Origin: an uncultured delta proteobacterium
GTDB taxonomy: Bacteria > Myxococcota > Myxococcia > Myxococcales > Myxococcaceae
Reading direction: 5' to 3'
Length of the DNA: 64,000 bases
Assembly: GCA_963796055.1 (NCBI GenBank)
Contig: CAWCKH010000003.1
Span: 576,001 to 640,000, forward strand
Of this stretch, positions 36,354 through 44,401 are shown piece after piece. Within the stretch, counting starts at the first letter, position 1, and every line of letters starts with the position of its first letter. Position numbers and translations under genes: made by a program. The notes beneath the pieces were generated by a model, which made no database searches, was not told where the DNA came from, and worked only from the letters and a program-made list of their open reading frames with translations.

Positions 36354-38624
36354 TCATCCGCGGGTGGTCGCGTCGGCCACCATCACCTGGCCCAGCGCGA
36401 TGCCACCGTCTCCCGGCGGGACCTGCCGGTGCAGGTACACCGCGCAGTCCGGGTCCAGCGCTGCCTTCAGGCCCTCCGCGAGCCGGGCGTTCTGGAAGCA
36501 GCCCCCGGTCAGGACGACGGGGAAATCGCCCGCGCGGTCGCGCACCAGCCCGACCAGGGTCGCGGTGGCGTGCACCAGCGTGTCGTGGAACTTCGCCGCC
36601 AGCCGCGCGGCGGGCACGCCCCCCAGGTGCTCCTCGATGAGCGCCCGCACCATCGCCCGGAAATCGAGCTCCAGCACCGACCCGCGGGTGTCGATCCCGA
36701 ACGGGTACCGTCCGTGCCCCCCGGCGTCGGCCGCCAGGTTCCAGGCCAGCGCGACCTCGCCCTCGTAGCGTGCTCTGCCCTTTCCCAGGACCAGCGCTCC
36801 GAGCCCGTCGAACAGCCGTCCCATCCCGTGCGCCTTCGGCGCGTTGATGCCCAGGGTCAGCGCCTGGCGCACCAGCACCACGGCGTCCTCCGGGATGGCG
36901 GGAAAGTTCCACAGGCCGGGTGGGTCGCCGTCGTAGGCGTCGAGCAGGAGCGCCAGCCCGATGCGCCAGGGCTCGTGGATGGCGCGCTCACCGCCGGCCA
37001 GCGCGACCGGGCGCAAGGTCGCGCAGCGCTGGAAGGCGGTCGCCGAGGCGACCAGGATCTCCCCGCCCCAGGCGGTCCCGTCGGTGCCGTAGCCCGTCCC
37101 GTCGAACGCCACCCCGATGACCGGCCCGTCCAGGCGGTGCTCGGCCAGGGCACTGGCCACGTGCGCGTGGTGGTGCTGCACCGCGACCTTCACCGGCTCG
37201 GGCCGGTCCAGCGCGTACCGGGTGGAGGCGTAGTCGGGGTGCAGGTCGTAGGCGATGACCTCCGGCCGGCAGCCGAGGAAGCGCTGCATCCGGTCGATCG
37301 ACTCCTCGTAGGAGCGGTGGACCTCCAGCTGGTCCAGGTCACCCACGTGGGGACCCAGCACCGCCACGTCCCCGGCGGCGAGGCAGAACGTGTTCTTCAG
37401 CTGCGCGCCGCACGCCAGCACCGGCCGGGCCACCGGGCGGGCAAGCGGGATGGGCCGGGGCACGTACCCCCGCGAGCGCCGGAGCAGCACCGGTGCACCC
37501 GCCACCACCCGGGTGACCGAATCGTCGCAGCGGGTGACGATCGGCCGATCGTGGGTGAGGAAGAGGTCGGCGACGTCCCGGAGGCGGTTCAGCGCCTCGG
37601 GCTCCTCGAAGACGATGGGTTCGTCGGAGAGGTTGCCGGAGGTCATCACCAGCGGCCGCTCCACCTCGGCGAGCAGCAGATGGTGCAGCGGCGTGTAGGG
37701 CAGCATCAGGCCGAGGAGCGGGTTGTCGGGCGCGATCTCGGGCGCCACTGGCCGCCCCGAGCTCTTGCGCGCGACGAGCACGATGGGCCGCTCCACCGTC
37801 TCCAGTAACTTCGCCTCGGCCTGGGAGAAGCTGGCCAGCTTCCGGGCCTCGCGGAGGTCGCGCACCATCACCGCGAACGGCTTGGCATCGCGCCGCTTCC
37901 GCTCCCGGAGCAGCTGCACCGCCTCGGACGAGGTGGCGTCCACCGCCAGGTGGTATCCGCCGAGCCCCTTCACCGCGACCACGTTCCCCGCCCGGAGCGC
38001 CGAGGCGACCTCGCGGATCGGATCCGCCGAGGTCAGGTCCCTCCCCCTCGAGTCGAGCAGCCGCAGCCGCGGGCCGCAGCGCGGACAGGCGTTGGGCTGG
38101 GCATGGAACCGCCGGTCCCTGGGATCGTCGTACTCGCGCTGGCAGGCCTCGCACATCACGAAGGCCGCCATCGAGGTGACCCGGCGGTCGTACGGCGCGT
38201 CCCGGGCGATGGTGAAGCGCGGGCCGCAGTCGGTGCAGTTGGTGAACGGGTAGCGGTACCGCCGGTTGGAGGAATCGAAGATCTCCGCCACGCACGCCGG
38301 GCAGGTCGCCAGATCCGCGGGGATCGACACCCGGCGCCCGGTCCCCGGGAGGCTGGGGGCGATGACGAATCCCTCCGTCGGCCGGGGAGGAATCTCCTTC
38401 CACTGGAGCGAGCGGATCTCCGCCGCCGGCGGAGGGTCCGACTGCAGCGCCCGCACTAGGCCGTCGAGTGCCGAGGGCTCGCCGAATGCCTCCACCGTCA
38501 CCCCGCCCACGTCGTTGCGGACCTGCCCGGCGATCCCCAGCTGGGTGGCGATCCGGTACACCCACGGACGGAAGCCCACCCCCTGGACCGTGCCTACCAC
38601 CTCGATGCGTCTGCCCTGCTGCAT
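36354..38624 (-). CDS. hypF: Carbamoyltransferase HypF
   Basis: GTVQGVGFRP, zinc fingers CPAC/CTDC/CEAC/CPRC, QHHHAH, PPGDGGIALGQ; RBS GGAGG. Confidence 0.97.
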   Translation of the reverse strand: MQQGRRIEVVGTVQGVGFRPWVYRIATQLGIAGQVRNDVGGVTVEAFGEPSALDGLVRALQSDPPPAAEIRSLQWKEIPPRPTEGFVIAPSLPGTGRRVSIPADLATCPACVAEIFDSSNRRYRYPFTNCTDCGPRFTIARDAPYDRRVTSMAAFVMCEACQREYDDPRDRRFHAQPNACPRCGPRLRLLDSRGRDLTSADPIREVASALRAGNVVAVKGLGGYHLAVDATSSEAVQLLRERKRRDAKPFAVMVRDLREARKLASFSQAEAKLLETVERPIVLVARKSSGRPVAPEIAPDNPLLGLMLPYTPLHHLLLAEVERPLVMTSGNLSDEPIVFEEPEALNRLRDVADLFLTHDRPIVTRCDDSVTRVVAGAPVLLRRSRGYVPRPIPLARPVARPVLACGAQLKNTFCLAAGDVAVLGPHVGDLDQLEVHRSYEESIDRMQRFLGCRPEVIAYDLHPDYASTRYALDRPEPVKVAVQHHHAHVASALAEHRLDGPVIGVAFDGTGYGTDGTAWGGEILVASATAFQRCATLRPVALAGGERAIHEPWRIGLALLLDAYDGDPPGLWNFPAIPEDAVVLVRQALTLGINAPKAHGMGRLFDGLGALVLGKGRARYEGEVALAWNLAADAGGHGRYPFGIDTRGSVLELDFRAMVRALIEEHLGGVPAARLAAKFHDTLVHATATLVGLVRDRAGDFPVVLTGGCFQNARLAEGLKAALDPDCAVYLHRQVPPGDGGIALGQVMVADATTRG

Positions 38625-38713
38625 GGCGGGCGGACCTCCGACTCCGAGCCGACGGTTCCGCTTCAGCAAGGGTCGAGCCACCGGCCCTCCCCGAGTCGAC
38701 GGCGTCTGGCAGG

Positions 38714-38729
38714 CGCATGCACTGCGCCT
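38714..38729 (-). promoter_or_regulatory. Candidate sigma54-type motif overlapping a 7-5-7 inverted repeat upstream of hypF
   Basis: Minus strand AGGCGCAGTGCATGCG (GG-N10-GC); plus strand AGGCGCA-tgcac-TGCGCCT at 38711-38729. Confidence 0.35.
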
Positions 38730-38856
38730 CGGGCCCGGGGACCACGCAATGACTGCGGAGCGCGACAGCGGGGACCCGTGCGGACGCGGACTTGGCTCGA
38801 AGGGGACACCCGGAGCCGCGAAGGATGCGTTCGCGTCCCCCCAGAGCGAGCCCCGC

Positions 38857-40077
38857 TCACTCGTAACGAAGCGCGTCGATGGGATCGAGCCGGCTCGCCT
38901 TGCGCGCCGGGTACAGCCCGAAGACCACGCCCACCGCGCCGCTGAAGACCACCGCGAGGATCATCACGTCCCAGCGGAAGGCCACCGGCCAGTGGAACGC
39001 GGCGGTCAGCCAGCGCGCGGTCACCACGCCGGCGCTGATGCCCAGCAGGCCGCCCGCCACCGAGAGCACCACCGCCTCGCTGAGGAACTGCCGGAGGATG
39101 TCCCTGCCGCGGGCCCCGACCGCGATGCGGGTGCCGATCTCCCGGGTCCGCTCGGTCACGCTCACCAGCATGATGTTCATGATGCCGATGCCGCCGACCA
39201 GCAGCGACACCGCGGCGACGATGGCCAGGAACAGCGTCACCGTCCGGCTGCTCTCTTCCCGGGCGCTGGCCACCTCCGCGAGGTTGCGGATCTGGAAGTC
39301 GTCCTCGCTCGGGCCGCCGATCCGATGGCGGTCCCGGAGCAGGTCCGCCACCTGCCCCTCGGCCGTGGCGGCATTGGTCGCGCTGATGAAGATGGTGCCC
39401 TGGAGGAACTTGCCCAGCCCGCCCTGGATCTTCGCCTGGAAGGTGCTCCGGGGGATGAAGACCACGTCGTCCGAGTCCTGGCCGGTGGGGGTCTGGCCCT
39501 TGCGCCCTGCCACCGCCACCACCTGGAAGGGGATGTTGCGGATGCGCACCGTCTGGCCGACGGGGTTCGAGTTGGGGCCGAAGAGCTTCTCGGCGACCGT
39601 CGCCCCGAGCACCACCACCTTGGTTCCGATGTCCACGTCGGAGTCGGTGAAGCGGGTGCCGAGGGCCATGGGCCAGCTGCGGATCTCGAAGTAGTCCGGC
39701 TCGGTGCCGGCCACCTGGGTGGTCCAGTTCTGCTCCTCGCTCAGCACCTGCGAGGAGCTGCGGAGGTACGGCACGGCGTAGCGGACGGTGGGCACCTCGG
39801 CGCGGACGGCCCGGAGGTCGTCCCAGGTCAAGGTCGGCTGCGAGCCGAACCCGCCCCGCGCGCCGCCGGTGACCGAGGAGCCCGGGAGCACGACCAGCAG
39901 ATTGGTGCCCATGGAGGCGAAGGCCTCCTCGACCGCCGAGCGCGCGCCCTCCCCGATGGCCACCGTGGCCACCACCGCCCCCACCCCGAAGATCATCCCC
40001 AGGGTGGTGAGGAAGGAGCGGAGCTTGTTCCGGAGCAGCGCCCGGATCGCCACCCGCAGCGTCTCCAGCTCGCTCAT
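38857..40077 (-). CDS. MacB/FtsX-like ABC exporter permease
   Basis: NKLRSFLTTLG, VGGIGIMNIMLVSVTERTREIG, YPARKASRLDPIDALRYE. Confidence 0.93.
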   Translation of the reverse strand: MSELETLRVAIRALLRNKLRSFLTTLGMIFGVGAVVATVAIGEGARSAVEEAFASMGTNLLVVLPGSSVTGGARGGFGSQPTLTWDDLRAVRAEVPTVRYAVPYLRSSSQVLSEEQNWTTQVAGTEPDYFEIRSWPMALGTRFTDSDVDIGTKVVVLGATVAEKLFGPNSNPVGQTVRIRNIPFQVVAVAGRKGQTPTGQDSDDVVFIPRSTFQAKIQGGLGKFLQGTIFISATNAATAEGQVADLLRDRHRIGGPSEDDFQIRNLAEVASAREESSRTVTLFLAIVAAVSLLVGGIGIMNIMLVSVTERTREIGTRIAVGARGRDILRQFLSEAVVLSVAGGLLGISAGVVTARWLTAAFHWPVAFRWDVMILAVVFSGAVGVVFGLYPARKASRLDPIDALRYE

Positions 40078-40808
40078 CCCGCCTCCTCCTCCGGGAGAGC
40101 CGACGGGTCGGCGCGGGCAGGGGCCTGCCGCCGGTCGCTCGCGATGTGCCCGTCGCGAACCACCACCACCCGGCCGACGAAGGTGGCGATGTCCGGCTCG
40201 TGGGTGACCAGGACGATGGTGATGCCGCTGCGCCCCAGCTCCTGGAAGAGCGCCATCACCTCCAGGCTGGTCCGCGAGTCGAGGTTCCCGGTGGGCTCGT
40301 CGGCGAGGATGACCTTCGGCTGGCTGACCAGCGCCCGGGCAATGGCCACCCGCTGCTGCTGCCCGCCCGAGAGGCGGTTCGGAGTGTGGTCCAGCCGATC
40401 GCCCAGCCCCACCCGCTCCAGCGCCTCGGCCGCACGCCGCCGCCGCTCGGCCCGGCCGAGGCCCGCGTACAGGAGCGGCAGCTCGACGTTCTCGATGGCC
40501 GAGGTCCGGTTCAGGAGGTTGAAGCTCTGGAACACGAACCCCAGCATCCGGTTCCGGATCCGGGCCAGGGCGTCCCGGTCGAGCGGGGCCACGTCCCGGC
40601 TGTCGAGCAGGTAGCGCCCGGTGGTGGGCCGGTCGAGGCAGCCGAGGATGTTCATCAGGGTCGACTTTCCGCTGCCGGACGGCCCGCGGATGGCGATGAA
40701 CTCGCCGGTGGCGATCTCCAGGCTCACCCCGCGCAGCGCGCGCACCTCCACGTCCCCCATGCGGAAGACCTTGGTGACGTCCTGGACGGCGATCAGCGGA
40801 CTGGCCAT
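40074..40808 (-). CDS. MacB/LolD-like ABC ATP-binding protein
   Basis: GPSGSGKST, GFVFQSFNL, LSGGQQQRVAIARAL, ADEPTGNLD. Confidence 0.94.
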   Translation of the reverse strand: MASPLIAVQDVTKVFRMGDVEVRALRGVSLEIATGEFIAIRGPSGSGKSTLMNILGCLDRPTTGRYLLDSRDVAPLDRDALARIRNRMLGFVFQSFNLLNRTSAIENVELPLLYAGLGRAERRRRAAEALERVGLGDRLDHTPNRLSGGQQQRVAIARALVSQPKVILADEPTGNLDSRTSLEVMALFQELGRSGITIVLVTHEPDIATFVGRVVVVRDGHIASDRRQAPARADPSALPEEEAG

Positions 40809-42089
40809 CTAGAACGGCCGCCGGACCGGTCCTCCGGGAGGAGCGGCCGGGGTGGGAGCGCGGCCGGTGCTCTCCACGCCGGTCACCACCGCGTCCCCCG
40901 CCTGGAGCGGGCCGGAGACGACCTCGGTGAAGGTCCCGTCCGAAACGCCCACCGTGACCTGCGCCGGGGCGGGTCGGCCGTCGCGCAGGACCCAGAGGCT
41001 GCGTCCGTTTCCTCCGCCGCCGGCCGCCTGGGCGGTGCCTCGGCCTCCGTCGCGTCCCGCCACTCTCTGCGGAGCGCCGCTGGTGCGCCCCAGCGCGGCG
41101 AGCATCTCCGGCGGCGGGCGAAAACGGAGCGCCGCGTTGGGCACCCGCAGCGCGTCCTGTCGATCAGCGTAGATCACCGTCACGTTGGCGGTCATCCCCG
41201 GCCGGAGCTTGAGGTCCGGGTTGTGCACGTCGATCACCGCGTCGTAGGTGACCACGTTCTGCTGCGTCTGCGGTGCGTTGCGGATCTGTCGAATCGTTCC
41301 CTTGAAGCGTTCGTCGGGGAAGGCGTCCACCACGAAGGTGGCGTCCATTCCCGGGGCGAGCTTGCCCACGTCGGCCTCGGCCACCGAGGTGTCCACCTGC
41401 ATCTGCTGGAGGTCGCCGGCCAGGGTGAAGATGGTGGGCGCCTGCAGGGAAGCGGCGACCGTCTGGCCCACGTCCACGCTCCGGGAGATGACCGTCCCGT
41501 CGACCGGGGAGGCAATCTTGGTGTAGGCGAGGTTCACCTCGCTCTGGGTGAGCTGCGCGCGGGCCTGCGCCAGCTGACCGCGCGCCGCGACCACCGACGC
41601 CTCGGCCCCCTGGAGGGTGGTCTCGGCGGTGTCGAGGTCTGCCTGGGCGACGAGGTTGCTGGCCCGCAGCGACTTGTCCCGATCGTAGGTTCGGCGGGCG
41701 GCGAGCACGCTGGCCTGGGCCTGCTTGAGCTGGCCCTCGGCGGCGAGCACGTTGGCCTTCGCCTGCGCGAGGTTGGCCTCGAAGAGTGCGGGGTCGATCT
41801 CGGCGATCAGCTGGCCCTTCTTCACCGTCGAGTTGTAGTCCGCATGCAGCTTGGCGATGCGCCCGCTGACCTGGCTACCGACCTGAACGGTGACCACCGC
41901 GGAGAGGATGCCGGTGGCGGTCACCCGCGCCACCACCGGGCCCTTCACCACCGCCGCGACCTGGTACTGCAGGGGCGAAGGCCGGTGCAGCACCCGCCAG
42001 GTGACGAGGCCAGCGACCACCAGGACGACGAGCGCGGCGACCCAGAGCCAGCGGCGGCGGCCGGGGTGGGACGCGTCGGGTTCGGGCAT
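40809..42089 (-). CDS. MacA-like periplasmic adaptor (membrane fusion protein)
   Basis: N-terminal TM, VQVGSQVSG, coiled-coil hairpin, GQTVAAS, LRPGMTA. Confidence 0.92.
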   Translation of the reverse strand: MPEPDASHPGRRRWLWVAALVVLVVAGLVTWRVLHRPSPLQYQVAAVVKGPVVARVTATGILSAVVTVQVGSQVSGRIAKLHADYNSTVKKGQLIAEIDPALFEANLAQAKANVLAAEGQLKQAQASVLAARRTYDRDKSLRASNLVAQADLDTAETTLQGAEASVVAARGQLAQARAQLTQSEVNLAYTKIASPVDGTVISRSVDVGQTVAASLQAPTIFTLAGDLQQMQVDTSVAEADVGKLAPGMDATFVVDAFPDERFKGTIRQIRNAPQTQQNVVTYDAVIDVHNPDLKLRPGMTANVTVIYADRQDALRVPNAALRFRPPPEMLAALGRTSGAPQRVAGRDGGRGTAQAAGGGGNGRSLWVLRDGRPAPAQVTVGVSDGTFTEVVSGPLQAGDAVVTGVESTGRAPTPAAPPGGPVRRPF

Positions 42090-42161
42090 GAGAAGATGCG
42101 TACACCGGTCCAGGCCCTAGGTTAAGTGGGCAGCGCTCGACCCCCCGCCCCAGGGGACGCC

Positions 42162-42722
42162 TCAGCGCTTCAGCATCGGCCTCCCCTCGTGGGTGACGAG
42201 GAGGTCGTGCATGTCGTTGGCGTGCTCCTCCTCCTGGGCCAGGACGCGCTCCAGGAGATGCCGGGTGGTGGGGTCCTTCTCGCCGAAGTAGCGGACGAGT
42301 TCGCGGTAGTGCTCGATGGCGATCCGCTCGGCCACCAGGTTCTCGCGGATCATGTCCACCAGGTTCTCGCCCTCGGTGTACTGCGATACCGCGCGGGAGG
42401 TGAGCCCCTCGGGGTTGAAGTTCGGCCGGCCGCCAAGCTGGTTGATGCGCTCGGCGATGAGGTCCATGTGCTCCTCCTCCTCGCGGGCGTGCTGGGCGAA
42501 CTCCTCCTTGACCGACTCGCTGGAGATGCCGGTGGCGGAGACGGCGTGCGACTTGTAGCGCAGAACGCAGACGATCTCGGTGGCCAGCGCCTCGTTGAGG
42601 AGGGCGATGGCGGTCTGGACGTCCCCTCCGTAGTTCTCGGTGACCGCCCCCATCTCCAGCTTCTCGCGGGCCCGCTTCCGGATCGCGGCGATGTCGGTGG
42701 CAAAGGTGCTCTTGTTGCCCAT
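42162..42722 (-). CDS. Ferritin-like (bacterioferritin/Dps-related) protein
   Basis: EALATEIVCVLRY, EEEH, ERINQLGG, LVAERIAI, EEEHANDM di-iron carboxylate pattern. Confidence 0.88.
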   Translation of the reverse strand: MGNKSTFATDIAAIRKRAREKLEMGAVTENYGGDVQTAIALLNEALATEIVCVLRYKSHAVSATGISSESVKEEFAQHAREEEEHMDLIAERINQLGGRPNFNPEGLTSRAVSQYTEGENLVDMIRENLVAERIAIEHYRELVRYFGEKDPTTRHLLERVLAQEEEHANDMHDLLVTHEGRPMLKR

Positions 42723-42829
42723 GGTTGCGGACCTCCGAGCCTCGTCGGGTGTGCCGGGAGAATTCCGGCCTCCCGCATCGGGAGCCAAGGGACTTCTGGA
42801 GGATCGGCGTCTAGCGGACAGTCCGGGCG

Positions 42830-43855
42830 TCAGCCGGAGAGGATCCGACCGACGAGCCAGTAGCCGCCGAGCCCGGCGACGGCCACCGAGGCCCAGCGCA
42901 CCCCTGCCGGCCACATGCCGCCGACACCGCGCAGCCATCGCAGGACCGGCCAGGCGAGCGCGACGATGACCAGCTGCCCGATCTCGACCCCGAGGTTGAA
43001 GGTCAGCAGGCTCGGGGCGAGCAGGGAGCGCGGAAGCTCGAGGGCGCGCAGGGCGCCGGCGAATCCGAAGCCGTGCACCAGACCGAACCCGAAGGTGAGT
43101 CGCCACCGGTGAGCGATTGCAGACCTCACCCGCTCGCCCGACAGGGGGGCCCTGAGTGCGAGGAGGTTTTCCACCGCCACCGCGACGATGCTCAGGGCGA
43201 TCAGCGGCTCGACGAGCCGGGGCGGGGGCACGACCCATCCCAGGGTGGCCAGGGCCAGGGTCAGCGAGTGGGCGACGGTGAAGGCAGTGACGATGGCCAG
43301 CAGCTGCCGGAAGGTGCCTCCCAGCAGCAGCACCCCGATCAGGAACGCGATGTGGTCCGCCCCCTGGAAGATGTGCTCGGCACCGAGGCGGAGAAATCTC
43401 GCGGCGCCCGCCCAGGCTCCCGGCTGCGCTTCGACCTCGAGCACCGGCGCGCTCGCCCGCGCGGTCCGTTGCACGGTGCCCCCGGGGAGCCGGAGCAGCG
43501 CGACGTGCAGGTGGCCCTCGGGAAGCCGATCCAGGAACCCGAGCACCATCCGCAGCCGGCCGGGCGCACGGGGACACTCCCAGCGGGCGGTCACCGCCAC
43601 TCCATCGTCCTGGACCGGGGCGGCAGAGGAGGTGGCGAGCGTGCACGCGGCTCCGTCCACCGAGACCTGCACCGTGGCCGCGACGTCCTCGGGCCGGAGC
43701 ACGTCGAGCTCCACCCGGGCGAACTGGAGCGTCGCCTGCACTCGCCTCCCCTCGACCGTGACGTCACCGGTGGACAGGCGCAGCGCGTGGGCCCGGACGG
43801 CTCCGGGGACGAGCGCGCAGAGGGCGAGCAGGGCGAGGAGGCGCGGGCGGGGCAT
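42830..43855 (-). CDS. HupE/UreJ-family membrane protein with periplasmic N-domain
   Basis: Signal peptide ending AH; LGAEHIFQGADHIAF, TAFTVAHSLTL, VEPLIALSI, FGLVHGFGFA, FNLGVEIGQ. Confidence 0.9.
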   Translation of the reverse strand: MPRPRLLALLALCALVPGAVRAHALRLSTGDVTVEGRRVQATLQFARVELDVLRPEDVAATVQVSVDGAACTLATSSAAPVQDDGVAVTARWECPRAPGRLRMVLGFLDRLPEGHLHVALLRLPGGTVQRTARASAPVLEVEAQPGAWAGAARFLRLGAEHIFQGADHIAFLIGVLLLGGTFRQLLAIVTAFTVAHSLTLALATLGWVVPPPRLVEPLIALSIVAVAVENLLALRAPLSGERVRSAIAHRWRLTFGFGLVHGFGFAGALRALELPRSLLAPSLLTFNLGVEIGQLVIVALAWPVLRWLRGVGGMWPAGVRWASVAVAGLGGYWLVGRILSG

Positions 43856-43955
43856 CGGCTGGGCGCCACCCTAACGAGGGCAGACCGGTGCCCGCGCAGC
43901 GAATTTCACTTGAATCCGATTGCCGCCCGCGTCCGTACTTCGTCCGGTCCAGCCC

Positions 43956-44336
43956 ATGCGCCCTGCCCGACGCACCCCGGAGCAGCGAAGGAGCGAAGCC
44001 GCTCCGCTCGCGCTGGTGCTCGCCGGCTGGGCGCTGGCGGTGGCGCCCGTCGCCCACCCGCTGCTCGGGCACGGCACGCCGTTCCTCCATGACTCGGCCG
44101 ACGAGGGGTGGGTCCACCATGGGGACGGTCGCGGCGGTGACGGCGGGCCGGCGGTTCCGGCCGGGCACCACCACGCCCCCGGAGCCCCCGAGCACCTCCA
44201 GCTCCCGCTGCTGGCAGCCGCGCCGCCGCCCGTCTTCCAGACGGTTGTGCTCGCCGTACGGCCGCCGCCGCCGCGCGCGGAGCGCCCTCTCTCCCTCCCC
44301 CGCCGGTGGTCGCAGGAGCAGCCGCAGGCGCCGTGA
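43956..44336 (+). CDS. Small His/Pro-rich membrane-anchored protein upstream of TonB receptor (putative leader)
   Basis: Hydrophobic segment LALVLAGWALAVAPVAH, His clusters (VHHG, GHHHAPGAPEH), Pro-rich tail ending QPQAP; start uncertain. Confidence 0.7.
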   Translation: MRPARRTPEQRRSEAAPLALVLAGWALAVAPVAHPLLGHGTPFLHDSADEGWVHHGDGRGGDGGPAVPAGHHHAPGAPEHLQLPLLAAAPPPVFQTVVLAVRPPPPRAERPLSLPRRWSQEQPQAP

Positions 44337-44339
44337 GCC

Positions 44340-44357
44340 GCACGGGAGCTCCCGTGC
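44340..44357. promoter_or_regulatory. Perfect 18-bp palindrome GCACGGGAGCTCCCGTGC directly after the leader ORF stop
   Basis: Self-complementary; contains CTCCC, complementary to the receptor RBS GGGAG (44395-44399). Confidence 0.6.
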
Positions 44358-44401
44358 CGCCCGTCGTCCGCTGACCGTTCCCGAACCCCCCAGGGGGAGT
44401 G

